Assembly (NCBI GenBank): GCA_963809715.1
Contig: CAWEKO010000002.1
Span: 189,665 to 253,664, forward strand
Source: an uncultured Acidimicrobiaceae bacterium
GTDB lineage: Bacteria > Actinomycetota > Acidimicrobiia > Acidimicrobiales > RAAP-2
Length of the DNA stretch: 64,000 nt
Direction: 5' to 3'
Shown: positions 19,885 through 28,910 of the stretch, piece by piece
Layout of the letters: the number at the start of each line of letters is the position of its first letter
Position numbering within the stretch: the first letter of the stretch is position 1
Notes under the pieces: model-generated
The model's database searches: none
Seen by the model: the letters and a program-made list of their open reading frames with translations, nothing else
Told to the model about the DNA's origin: nothing
Translations under genes and position numbers: made by a program

Positions 19885-19912
19885 AGATCGAGCGACGGTC
19901 GGTCGTCGATCT
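19885..19912. terminator. hairpin between convergent SHOCT and helicase genes
   Basis: AGATCGA(G)CGAC ... GTCG TCGATCT forms an 11-bp stem with one bulge and a 5-nt loop. It overlaps the helicase stop codon. Confidence 0.35.
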
Positions 19913-22787
19913 AAGCCCCGTCGACCCCACCCAAGACGGCGAGGAGTTCGTCCCCCCAGCGCTCCAAGCGGATGGGCCCGATGCCCCTGCAGCGGGCCAG
20001 TTCGGCGAGCGTCCCGGGCCGTATGGCGGCAATGCCCGCCAGTTCGCTGTCGTTCAGCACGACATAGGCCGGGAGGGACTCGCGCTTGGCCACACCCGAT
20101 CGCCACTCGCGCAGTGCACCCTCGTAGGGCTCAGCGGAGCTCGCAGCCTCGGCATCGCCCGGCGCCGCCAGCACCACCGTGGCTCCGCGCACCCGCACCT
20201 CTGTCCCGAAAGCGATCGTCAGTCGTGCCGCACCTACCTGGAGGACGGCCGCCGCCTCGGACAGGTCGATCACTGTTCCGCCATGACCTCCGTAGTCGAG
20301 CGCCAGCCCGACTTCCGCCGCCACCTGCGGCATCGACCGGGCCGGTCGCCTCGAGCTCCGCGCTTCGCGCTCGGGTCTGCGAGCCCCGCCGGCCACGCCG
20401 ATGGGTTGGCGAGGTCGGCTGCCGTCGAGCTCGGCCACGAAGGGCGACGGCGCCTCGGCATCGGCCAGCACCACCACCTGACGGATGGCTCGGGTCAATG
20501 CGACATGGAAGACCCGTCGTTCACCCTCTTCGTCGTCGCTCAAACGGTGGGGGAGCAGCCCCTGCGAGGCGCCGTAGATGATGACGTGTTCCCATTCCCG
20601 ACCCTTGATCCTGTGGATCGTCGAGAGCAGGACACCCGGCCCGCTGGAAGGTGGCCGCGCCAACAGGTCGCGCAGCCACGCCTCGAAGGAGGCGGCGTCG
20701 GGATGGAGGGCCGCCACGGACTCGAGAGCGACCAGGTCGTCGGTGTGGGTCGATCGATCGGCCTCCCGGCGCGACGAGTCCAAGACGTCCATCGTCTCGC
20801 CCAGGCCGACCTGCACCCGAATGGCCCGTACGACGGCTGCGGTCGAGCTCGAGGTGGTCGCGGCCACGGCGTCGAGGGCATCGGCGTACGCCGTCAACTT
20901 GGGTCCGTCCCGCCCGGAAAGGCGCTTGGCCAGGCGTCCGATGTCCGTGACCGACGTGGTTCCGCGTTCGGTGGCCATGGCCACGACGTTGGGGGCGATC
21001 CCCCGGGAAGGTCGTCGGATCGTCTGCTGGACGTCGTCTCGGCCCAACGCTCCCGGATTCAGACCCATACGGAGATAGGCGAGGGCGGTCCTGACGCCCG
21101 TTCGTTCCAGCGCCTTCCGATCCAGCGGAGCGTTGCAGGGGATTCCTGCTTCGACCAGCGCGACCTGGATCGGGAGCAACGACGAGTTCACCCGGGTCAG
21201 CACCGCGATCTCCTGCGGTGGCACTCCGCCCTTCAACCAGCTCGAGATCGCGCTCAGGGCGGTCTTCGGGAGCTCCTCGCTGCGTGCCCCCACCACGGCG
21301 ACGGGACCACGGCCCGCAAGAGGTGGGACGAAGTCCGGGAGGTCATCGCTGCGATCGGGTGGCGAGCCGGTCGTCTTGGCGATCCGTTCCACGTTGTAGG
21401 ACAGGACGGACGTCGCCGCCCCTACAACGGCTGGCGGACACCGGTAGTTGATTTCGAGCGCGTAATTGTGGGCACCGGGGAAGTAGTTCCCAAAGTTGAT
21501 CAGGTACTCGGGTGTTGCCCCGGTGTAGCCGTAGATGACCTGGTCGTCGTCGCCGACGCCGAAGCAGCTGTAGGCCGGGGCGCAGAGCAACCGGATCAGC
21601 AGCATGTGGGCGGCGTTGAGATCCTGGAACTCGTCGACCAGGAGATGTCGGCAGCGGCCCTGAGCGACGCTGCGGGCGTCGGGGTCTCGGAGAAGGATCT
21701 CGATGGACCGGTAGATCTGCTCGTCGAAGTCGACGGCGCCCGCCTCGGCGAGCGCTTCCCGGTAGGTCTCGAAGCCGTCGGCCAAGCCCTGGGCGTCCGG
21801 AATGAGCTCTTCGACTCTGCTCGGTGAGGTCAGCCCAAGACGGACGGCCGACAGCGCGTCGATGTACGGGAGGACGGTGTCGGTGTTGGCCTGGCGACGG
21901 ACGGGGAAGACCTGCTGGACGAGGTCGCGGACCGAGGGCTCCTCGAGGACGCGCAGTCGCCCCTGGCCACCAGAGGTGTCGCAGATCCACTGGCCCAGGC
22001 TGTTGAGCGTTCGGATATGGGGACGACGTGGTGTCGCCTGGCTGCCCGATCGCTCGATCAGCTCGTCGGCCGCGCGCCGGTTGTAGGCCAGCGCCGTCAC
22101 CGTGGTGGGCTCCACCCCGCGTCCTGCGATCAGGTGGCGGAGGCGCTCCGTCAGGACCCTGGTCTTGCCCGAACCCGCCGGGGCGATCACCCGGGCACCC
22201 CCCGTCGAATGGCTGACGGCGGCCAACTGGTCCGGGGCCAGATCGGCGTCCGGCGGGAGGTGGCCCACCGTCGAGAGCGACCCCGCCTCACTGTTCCAGC
22301 GGTGCACGACTCCGACCCCGCTCGAGAGAGGGGACGGCGCAAACGGCCCTCCGTCGACGTAGAGGGCAGTCCCGTCGGCCAACTCGATGTCGGCCGCACC
22401 GGTTTCCTGCACGCCCTGGTCGGCGAATCTTCTGGCCGCCTTGCGACCGTGCCACCAAATCGACTCTCCGCTCCGGGCGTCGTACGAGTTCGCCCAGACC
22501 AGGAAGTGGAGGCGTTCGCGGGAGAACTCGAAGTGCGGATCGAGGTCGTGGACCGGCCGCAGGCAGGTTTCCCGAACCTGCAATTCGGCGGAGTCGACCC
22601 CCATTTCCACCACGACTGGCTCGCGTGCGAACCATGCTCGTTGCAGCCTCGCCACGGCGGCGTTCGGGTCGGCGAGTGTCTCCGGGCGGATCGAGAGTCT
22701 GGGGGCCTGGATCCACGGCTCGGGAGGACTCATCCCGGGCGACACGACAACGCCACGGCCGAGTTCCGGCGGCCCGGGCATTGCCAT
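19911..22787 (-). CDS. UvrD/Rep-type superfamily 1 helicase with N-terminal extension and C-terminal HRDC domain
   Basis: Walker A in VIAPAGSGKTRVLTERL; LLVDEFQDLN (motif II); TIHRIKGREWEHVIIYG; HVALTRA. C-terminal LPAYVVLNDSELAGIAAIRPGTLAELARCRGIGPIRLERWG is HRDC-like. Confidence 0.85.
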   Translation of the reverse strand: MAMPGPPELGRGVVVSPGMSPPEPWIQAPRLSIRPETLADPNAAVARLQRAWFAREPVVVEMGVDSAELQVRETCLRPVHDLDPHFEFSRERLHFLVWANSYDARSGESIWWHGRKAARRFADQGVQETGAADIELADGTALYVDGGPFAPSPLSSGVGVVHRWNSEAGSLSTVGHLPPDADLAPDQLAAVSHSTGGARVIAPAGSGKTRVLTERLRHLIAGRGVEPTTVTALAYNRRAADELIERSGSQATPRRPHIRTLNSLGQWICDTSGGQGRLRVLEEPSVRDLVQQVFPVRRQANTDTVLPYIDALSAVRLGLTSPSRVEELIPDAQGLADGFETYREALAEAGAVDFDEQIYRSIEILLRDPDARSVAQGRCRHLLVDEFQDLNAAHMLLIRLLCAPAYSCFGVGDDDQVIYGYTGATPEYLINFGNYFPGAHNYALEINYRCPPAVVGAATSVLSYNVERIAKTTGSPPDRSDDLPDFVPPLAGRGPVAVVGARSEELPKTALSAISSWLKGGVPPQEIAVLTRVNSSLLPIQVALVEAGIPCNAPLDRKALERTGVRTALAYLRMGLNPGALGRDDVQQTIRRPSRGIAPNVVAMATERGTTSVTDIGRLAKRLSGRDGPKLTAYADALDAVAATTSSSTAAVVRAIRVQVGLGETMDVLDSSRREADRSTHTDDLVALESVAALHPDAASFEAWLRDLLARPPSSGPGVLLSTIHRIKGREWEHVIIYGASQGLLPHRLSDDEEGERRVFHVALTRAIRQVVVLADAEAPSPFVAELDGSRPRQPIGVAGGARRPEREARSSRRPARSMPQVAAEVGLALDYGGHGGTVIDLSEAAAVLQVGAARLTIAFGTEVRVRGATVVLAAPGDAEAASSAEPYEGALREWRSGVAKRESLPAYVVLNDSELAGIAAIRPGTLAELARCRGIGPIRLERWGDELLAVLGGVDGA

Positions 22788-22841
22788 CGGACCACGCTAC
22801 CGGGGGGTTGTTTCGCACGACGGCGCAGCCTCAACCGGAGC

Positions 22842-23162
22842 CTACGAAGAGCCGATCCATGGGGCCGGGGGGCATCGCCCCGGTTCAGCCGAGACGTGGC
22901 TTCGCGCCATCGGGTACGAGCCGTCCTGGAGCCGCACCGTTGCCCAAGGAATGCCCACCGCCTCGGGGCGGCCGGACCCTTTCCGGCGGGAAGCGTCGAC
23001 GTCGGGGTGCCGTGCAGGCACCGTCCCGAAGATGGGCGTCCTCGAGGTGTCGGCTGGGAACGAATGCCGAGGAGAGCACTTGGTCCGAGGGTCGAGCCGA
23101 CCCGAACGGGTGATTTCCATGTGGAACGCTCCAACAACCTCAATGGGCAGATACGCTGGCAA
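22842..23162 (-). CDS. hypothetical protein (uncertain; possibly 5'-truncated)
   Basis: High GC3 in this frame. The frame stays open upstream to about 23262 with no start codon before TTG 23162. No family recognised. Confidence 0.3.
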   Translation of the reverse strand: MPAYLPIEVVGAFHMEITRSGRLDPRTKCSPRHSFPADTSRTPIFGTVPARHPDVDASRRKGSGRPEAVGIPWATVRLQDGSYPMARSHVSAEPGRCPPAPWIGSS

Positions 23163-23350
23163 TTCGAGCGCTTCACCCAGAGAGGCACGACACCAATCGA
23201 CGAGGAGACTGGTGATCGCGTTCGGCGGGGAATCGAACTCCTCGACGGGTCGTGCGAGAGACGCTCTTGCGCCAACTACCTATGGCGCCGCGCCTATTGA
23301 AGCGACTGTCAGCGATCCGCGTCTGGACGACTGAATGAAGAGGTAGCAGT

Positions 23351-24304
23351 TTGACACCCTGGATCGAGTTAAGAGAAATCGCAGCAGAGTGTGGAACGCT
23401 GCTCCCAAAGCCGGGTTCGGGCGGCACGGCCGCCCGCTTTGCTGCGCTGGCCAATTGGGCCGCACAGGATCTCTCGCTTGCTCGATTGGCCGAGGGCCAC
23501 GTCGACGCGTTGGCCATCCTGGCGGAGGCAGGCCTCGTACCGGCCCCAGGCGCGACGTATGGGGTCTGGGCCGCCCGTCCAGGCGCCGACGGAACCACCG
23601 CTCGCCTGGCCGCAGACGGATGGCACTTCGCAGGAGAGAAGCCCTTCTGCTCAGGCAGTACTCGGATCGACCGGGCGCTCATAACGGCGGAATGCCCCGA
23701 TGGATACCGGCTTTTCGATATCTCGGTGGCTGAGAACGTCGTCAGGGTCCACCCCGGGTCGTGGCCTGCAGTCGGAATGGCGGATTCGCTGAGCGACACC
23801 CTTGATTTCGGTGGACCGCCTGTGCCGACGAGCCATGCCGTCGGGCCGCCCAACTTCTACCTCGATCGCCCCGGGTTCTGGTTCGGAGGAATTGGGGTCG
23901 CTGCCTGTTGGTACGGCGGAGCTCGTGGCCTCGTCGAGCACGTACTTCGAAGTGTCGGCCCGCATCCCTCGGAGCTCCTGATGGTCGAGCTCGGACATGG
24001 GGTCGCCCATATCGAGGTGATGCGTCGCGCCATCGAGCAGGCCGCGGAGGAGATCGATGCCGATCCCGACGATCGGACGGATACGGCCATGCGTCGAGCG
24101 CTCGTGGTCCGTCATCTCGTGCACTATGGATCGCAGCAGGTGCTGGTGCATGCCGCCGCCGCCGGGGGAGCCGGGCCTCTCTGTCATGACCCCCAACAGG
24201 CGCGGCGGTCGGCAGATCTCTACGTGTACTTGGCCCAGCATCACGATGTGAAGGATGCGAACGTCCTCGGCCATTTGGCATGTGAGGGGTGGCCGTGGAG
24301 CTAG
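23351..24304 (+). CDS. acyl-CoA dehydrogenase-fold protein, short and atypical
   Basis: FAGEKPFCSGS, WFGGIGVAACWYGGARG and a C-terminal helical domain. In a by-eye alignment the usual IYEGT catalytic-base position reads VYLAQ. GAAGAGG RBS before TTG 23351. Confidence 0.78.
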   Translation: MTPWIELREIAAECGTLLPKPGSGGTAARFAALANWAAQDLSLARLAEGHVDALAILAEAGLVPAPGATYGVWAARPGADGTTARLAADGWHFAGEKPFCSGSTRIDRALITAECPDGYRLFDISVAENVVRVHPGSWPAVGMADSLSDTLDFGGPPVPTSHAVGPPNFYLDRPGFWFGGIGVAACWYGGARGLVEHVLRSVGPHPSELLMVELGHGVAHIEVMRRAIEQAAEEIDADPDDRTDTAMRRALVVRHLVHYGSQQVLVHAAAAGGAGPLCHDPQQARRSADLYVYLAQHHDVKDANVLGHLACEGWPWS

Positions 24305-25047
24305 TCGTCGATGACCTGCACCCCGGGACGGACGAGCAAACGTGGCTCGGTGGAAGCCGTCTTGCCGGGCTGCCACCATTTCAGCAACGGCGGCCAGGAC
24401 GCCTCATTGTCGTGGCTCCGCACCCCGACGATGAGGTCCTCGCTGCTGGAGGGCTGCTCCAGCAGATGCAGCAGGCCGGCGTTGAAACTGTGCTCGTGGC
24501 CGTGACCGACGGTGAGGCATCGCACCCCGGGGTCCGGACTCAGGGTCACGATCTGGTGGCGAGACGCGTCGAAGAGACGCGGGTGGCCCTTCGTCGCTTG
24601 GGATGTGGTTCAGTGCGCGTGCAGCGTCTTTGCCTTGCCGATGGGTCCGTGGCCGAGCAGAGTCAGTACTTGACCGGCGTGCTGAGCCGCCTGCTGAGGC
24701 CCGACGACCTTTGTGTGGCTCCGTGGCGGTCGGATGGTCACCCGGATCACGATGCCGCCGGGCGCGCTGCGATCGCTGCTGCCCGCCTGACCGGGGCGCG
24801 GGTCCTCGAGTACTTGGTCTGGGCTTGGCACTGGGCTACACCAGACGATGCGTCTATACCCTGGCAACAATGTCGTCGTCTGGACCTGCAGCGACGGCAT
24901 ATCGCACGCAAGCGCTGGGCGACCTACGCCTTCACCTCGCAGATCAGGATTCTCGGCAATGACGACAGTGGGCTCCCAGTCTTGGCTGACTCCGTGCTGC
25001 GACGGTTCTGGCGACCCTTCGAAGTCTTCATCGAGACGGAATCGTGA
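24289..25047 (+). CDS. PIG-L / LmbE family N-acetylglucosaminyl deacetylase
   Basis: LIVVAPHPDDEVLAAGG and SDGHPDHDAAG zinc-ligand motifs. Overlaps the upstream gene by 16 nt. Confidence 0.85.
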   Translation: MAVELVVDDLHPGTDEQTWLGGSRLAGLPPFQQRRPGRLIVVAPHPDDEVLAAGGLLQQMQQAGVETVLVAVTDGEASHPGVRTQGHDLVARRVEETRVALRRLGCGSVRVQRLCLADGSVAEQSQYLTGVLSRLLRPDDLCVAPWRSDGHPDHDAAGRAAIAAARLTGARVLEYLVWAWHWATPDDASIPWQQCRRLDLQRRHIARKRWATYAFTSQIRILGNDDSGLPVLADSVLRRFWRPFEVFIETES

Positions 25048-25610
25048 CGTCGACGCACCGGTCGTATTTCGACGAGATGTACAGCGGTCAGGCCGACCCG
25101 TGGGATTTCGAAAATAGTACGTACGAACAGCGGAAATACGCCGTCACTGTGGCGAGCCTGCCCAGATCTCGCTATCGCTCGGCCTTCGAGCCGGGATGCT
25201 CGGTGGGAGTACTCACTGAACAGCTTGCTCCCCGCTGTGACCGGCTGCTCTCGAGCGACATCATTCCTTCCGCCCTGGAGCGAGCCGAGGGCCGGCTCCG
25301 CAGGAGGCCCAATGTCTGCATCGAGGAACGTTCCATCCCGGACCAGTGGCCACCTGGTCCGTTCGACCTGGTCGTACTCAGTGAAATCGCGTACTACTTC
25401 GACCGAACCGACCTCGGTTCCGTCATGGCCTGCGTCATTGACTCCACAGTTCCTCGAGCTCATGTCGTCGGCGTCCACTGGCTCGGCGAAACGGACTACC
25501 CCCTCAGTGGCGAGCTCACTCACCAGATCATCGCCGAGATTCCGGGTCTTGTCACCGTTGTCCACCACCGCGAAGAGCAGTTCGTGCTCGATGTGTGGGA
25601 GCGGCGGTGA
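25044..25610 (+). CDS. NodS-like class I SAM-dependent methyltransferase
   Basis: DPWDFENSTYEQRKY N-terminus and SAM motif I EPGCSVGVL. GTGA start/stop overlap at 25044-25047. Confidence 0.85.
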   Translation: MTSTHRSYFDEMYSGQADPWDFENSTYEQRKYAVTVASLPRSRYRSAFEPGCSVGVLTEQLAPRCDRLLSSDIIPSALERAEGRLRRRPNVCIEERSIPDQWPPGPFDLVVLSEIAYYFDRTDLGSVMACVIDSTVPRAHVVGVHWLGETDYPLSGELTHQIIAEIPGLVTVVHHREEQFVLDVWERR

Positions 25611-26338
25611 GCCGAAAGGATCTTCGACGAGCGATAGGCGCCGTGGGTGTCGTGTTGCCCGTTCACGACGAGGAGGAGTTGCTTCCCCGAGCTCTCGAAG
25701 CGCTCGAGGTCGCAGTCGACGCGCTTCTACCGGCCATCCCGTGCCGGGTCGCCATTGTCCTCGACGACTGTGGCGACGCCAGTTCTGCCATCGCGTGCTC
25801 CTGGCAACCCCAGTATGGCGCGCTGGTCATAGGTCGAAGGTTCAGAAGCGTTGGCGTGGCCCGGCACGCCGGAGCCCAGGCTCTCCTGTCCCTCTGGCCG
25901 GACATGGATCCTGCACAGGTTTGGCTGGCCACCACCGATGCCGATTCGCAGGTACCGCGGGACTGGCTGAAGGTCCAGGTCGACGCGTTCAGTTCCGGTG
26001 CGGATCTGTGGGCGGGGAGGGTCCGTGTTGCCGAGGAGAGCGCAACGGTACGTCGTTGGACGAAGCGCTATGCGTCCGAACTCGGGCCGATCCACGGCGC
26101 AAGCCTCGGCTTCAGCGCTGCCCTGTATGGGCAACTCGGGGGCTTTCGCAACCTGCGGAGTGGTGAAGATCGTGACCTCCATAATCGAGCTGCGGCGGCC
26201 GGCTTCCGTATCAAGCACGACCTCAGAGCAGCTGTGACGACAAGTTCTCGAAGGAAGGGGCGGGCCCCCGGAGGTTTCGCGAGCGTATTGGACACCGTGG
26301 CACAGGAGCAGCTCGAGGTAAGTTTCCAACCGAACTGA
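25607..26338 (+). CDS. glycosyltransferase family 2 (soluble, GT-A fold)
   Basis: VGVVLPVHDEEELL, LDDCGD and TTDADSQVPRDW (DxD). GTG 25607 gives a GTGA overlap with the upstream stop. GTG 25595 is an alternative start. Confidence 0.83.
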   Translation: MSRKDLRRAIGAVGVVLPVHDEEELLPRALEALEVAVDALLPAIPCRVAIVLDDCGDASSAIACSWQPQYGALVIGRRFRSVGVARHAGAQALLSLWPDMDPAQVWLATTDADSQVPRDWLKVQVDAFSSGADLWAGRVRVAEESATVRRWTKRYASELGPIHGASLGFSAALYGQLGGFRNLRSGEDRDLHNRAAAAGFRIKHDLRAAVTTSSRRKGRAPGGFASVLDTVAQEQLEVSFQPN

Positions 26339-26430
26339 GAGAGCACAGTATCGGCGAATCGCGTGAACCACGTTGACCGCCGACCTTCGATTCCCTCTCC
26401 TGTGGGCCGATCTCAGTAGCATCACACCGG

Positions 26431-27924
26431 GTGGGGAAGAACCGGCAGTCGAAGCCGCATCGCTGGTGGCCGACAGGTCACGGGCGGCGGCTCCAGCTTG
26501 CATCACTCGTGGTCTGTTCTGCCCTGATGCTTGCCATCGGGCCTGTGGCCGGTGTGGCGACGGCCTCCTCGCAGCCTTCCGGGATTGCCTGGTCGTCCTG
26601 TCCCAAGGCGACGGGCTATCTCTGCGGGTCGTTGCAGGTACCGGTTGCCTACGGGCAACCTTCACGTGGGACGTTGCCTCTGGCTGTCATCGAGCACCCG
26701 GTGTCCGATAGCAAGGGGGTGATCGTGTTCAATCCAGGGGGACCGGGAGAGAGCGGCGTCCTCATCCTTCCCATCCTGGCGTCCTTCGTCCCGAGATCGA
26801 TCGTCAGCGAGTTCACGCTGGTCAGCTTCGATGAGCGCGGCACCGGGGCGAGCGATCCACTTCTCTGTGGGCCATCCCCTGCGGCCGCCGGCAGCGCCGT
26901 CCCTGGGAGCATGGCGGCGACCAAGACGTTCGCCGACTTAGACCGATCATGTCGTGCCCGAAATCCCACGCTCTTCCCGACTGTGGACACCACGACGTCG
27001 GCTCGGGATATGAACAGCCTTCGCGAGGCTCTTGGGGTTGACCGAATCAACTACTACGGCGTGTCCTACGGCACGGTCCTTGGGTCCATCTACCGGCAGC
27101 TCTTCCCGAGCCACGTTCGATCGATGGTGTTGGACGGTGCGGTGGATGCCAATCTGAGTCTCGCCACGGACGCAACCTTGGAGGCGCCGGCGATCCAGAC
27201 AGCGCTCGGCCACGCACTCTCGAGTTGCCCGACCACGACAGGGTGCACCCTCGGATCCGACGCCGTCGGCTCCTATGAACGACTTGCGGCGCAGCTCAGG
27301 AGGAATCCGTTGCCGGCGCCTGGTGACGGAGACAACGCACCGGTCACCGTGGGTGACTTGATGACCGCAACCTTGCTGTATCTCTCCGCTCCAACCTTCA
27401 CCCCTGGCTACTTTCCCGCCCTGTCGGCGGCGGTGGCAGGGAATGGCGGTCCGCTGCGTGCTGTCGCCCTGGGCCTCGAGACCGATTTGAACGGAGCCTC
27501 GCTGGTCGGCGCCCTCTGGAGCATCACCTGTACCGACGCCGGAGCCCATCCGAACGGCACCGCCATTGCCTCCCTGGCTCGAACGCTGGGCAAGCGCTTC
27601 CCTCTCGGTGGCGCTGAAGCCGTGGCCAACAACCTCATCGGCTGTGCTGGATGGAGCGACTCGGCTGGGGCCATCGCACGTCTCGTTGCTCTCCGAAGTC
27701 AGCCGCCACTGATTATTGGCAACACCTATGACCCCAACACTCCCTACGCCGTGGCCGAGAGGTTGGCTCCCGCAATCGGTGGACGGCTGGTGACCTACGT
27801 CGGGTATGGGCACAGCTGGCTGCTCAACGGGTCAGCCGATCACTGTATGCAAGACGTGGTGAGCAGCTATTTCCTTCAGGGTGCGTTGCCCGCCCCGGGT
27901 ACCCGTTGCGCCGCCCCGGCCTAG
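26431..27924 (+). CDS. secreted alpha/beta hydrolase, S33 tripeptidyl-aminopeptidase-like
   Basis: N-terminal signal-like hydrophobic segment; FNPGGPGESG; nucleophile elbow GVSYGT; C-terminal GYGHSW. Confidence 0.85.
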   Translation: MGKNRQSKPHRWWPTGHGRRLQLASLVVCSALMLAIGPVAGVATASSQPSGIAWSSCPKATGYLCGSLQVPVAYGQPSRGTLPLAVIEHPVSDSKGVIVFNPGGPGESGVLILPILASFVPRSIVSEFTLVSFDERGTGASDPLLCGPSPAAAGSAVPGSMAATKTFADLDRSCRARNPTLFPTVDTTTSARDMNSLREALGVDRINYYGVSYGTVLGSIYRQLFPSHVRSMVLDGAVDANLSLATDATLEAPAIQTALGHALSSCPTTTGCTLGSDAVGSYERLAAQLRRNPLPAPGDGDNAPVTVGDLMTATLLYLSAPTFTPGYFPALSAAVAGNGGPLRAVALGLETDLNGASLVGALWSITCTDAGAHPNGTAIASLARTLGKRFPLGGAEAVANNLIGCAGWSDSAGAIARLVALRSQPPLIIGNTYDPNTPYAVAERLAPAIGGRLVTYVGYGHSWLLNGSADHCMQDVVSSYFLQGALPAPGTRCAAPA

Positions 27925-28061
27925 CTCCAACCTTCAGTCGTGCGTGGATCCGCGGTGGCTGCCTTCATCCCCTTCTTTGGCGGAGAAAGCTGCGTCAGCT
28001 CGAATGCAAGGTCCTGAAGCGTCAACTCGTAGAGAAAGACCGACGACCGAAGATCTGCGTG

Positions 28062-28910
28062 TCAGTCCATCGATGGGCGATCAGGTACTCGGGCGAGCAA
28101 ATCGCTGGCCCGTTCAATCCCCGCAGAGATGTACGGGCCGGCCGTGTCGAGTGCTTCCTCGAGCAACTCCCCGGCTCGCTCCAGCCCCGCTGAGATGTAC
28201 GGGCCGGCAGTTTCGAGTGCTCCTTCTGCTACGTCGAGGGCGCTCTCATTCGCTTGACGTAGGTATGGCGCAGCAAGCACTACCCCGGCCTTGGCCGCGT
28301 TGATCGCCTTCTCATTCGCCTCTCGTGCCGCGTGGAATGCGGCTGCGTTGGCTCGCCGCGTCGCCACCTTGGCCCTCCTTCTCGCACGGCGTCCGGCCTT
28401 TCGACCTACTTCGGCCGCTTTCGACGTCGTTTGATGCGCGTGGGCAACCGAGTTGGCATGTCCTTCCGTCACCGAGCTCGCCACCTGGTGGACCCGACGC
28501 CGAGTCCTCCAGGCCACTGAAGGAGCACCATCCGTATCGACGGCCGCAAAAATGAGCCCACCGAGGAGCCCCAAATTCTTGAGGAGCTGCATCCTTTGCT
28601 GGGCCCGCCTTTCGTCATCTGGTTCTTCCCAGAAGCGATGGCCGGTGTAGGTGGTCGGCACAATGGTCCCCATCAAGGCGAGGGCTGCCAGGCGTGGGAA
28701 CTTCCCGAGGGCCAACAGAACACCGCCACCGACCTGAACCGCCCCATTCAATCTGACCACCGTCGAGGCGTTCACCCCACCTTCCGAGAGGGTCGACGGC
28801 TGAGCCTCAACCTCTTCGGTGTCTCCGCCAGGATCTCGGATTGCACCCCAACCTTCAGCAATGAAGATCGACGCCAAGAGCGGTCGGGCAATTCTCCGAG
28901 AAAGAGTCAC
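28062..28910 (-). CDS. DoxX family membrane protein with long basic/helical C-terminal tail
   Basis: RPLLASIFIAEGW and GKFPRLAALALMGTIVPTT DoxX pattern. Codon third positions are noticeably A/T-richer than elsewhere in the window. Confidence 0.72.
   Translation of the reverse strand: MTLSRRIARPLLASIFIAEGWGAIRDPGGDTEEVEAQPSTLSEGGVNASTVVRLNGAVQVGGGVLLALGKFPRLAALALMGTIVPTTYTGHRFWEEPDDERRAQQRMQLLKNLGLLGGLIFAAVDTDGAPSVAWRTRRRVHQVASSVTEGHANSVAHAHQTTSKAAEVGRKAGRRARRRAKVATRRANAAAFHAAREANEKAINAAKAGVVLAAPYLRQANESALDVAEGALETAGPYISAGLERAGELLEEALDTAGPYISAGIERASDLLARVPDRPSMD
28089..28220 (-). repeat. 66-bp tandem duplication inside the DoxX tail
   Basis: Encodes ALETAGPYISAGLERAGELLEE followed by ALDTAGPYISAGIERASDLLAR. 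GTACGGGCC recurs exactly 66 nt apart (28131 and 28197). Confidence 0.7.

Noticed and set aside
18725-20032. 435-aa minus-strand ORF
   Set aside because: It runs antisense across the aquaporin remnant, DUF6325 and SHOCT genes, which have RBSs and recognisable motifs. Its sequence is low-complexity Ala/Ser/Pro/Gly.
19911-22787. Gabija-like or other phage-defence reading of the UvrD-like helicase
   Set aside because: There is no OLD/TOPRIM ATPase, nuclease or other defence partner adjacent. The HRDC domain and the genomic context fit a DNA-repair-type helicase equally well.
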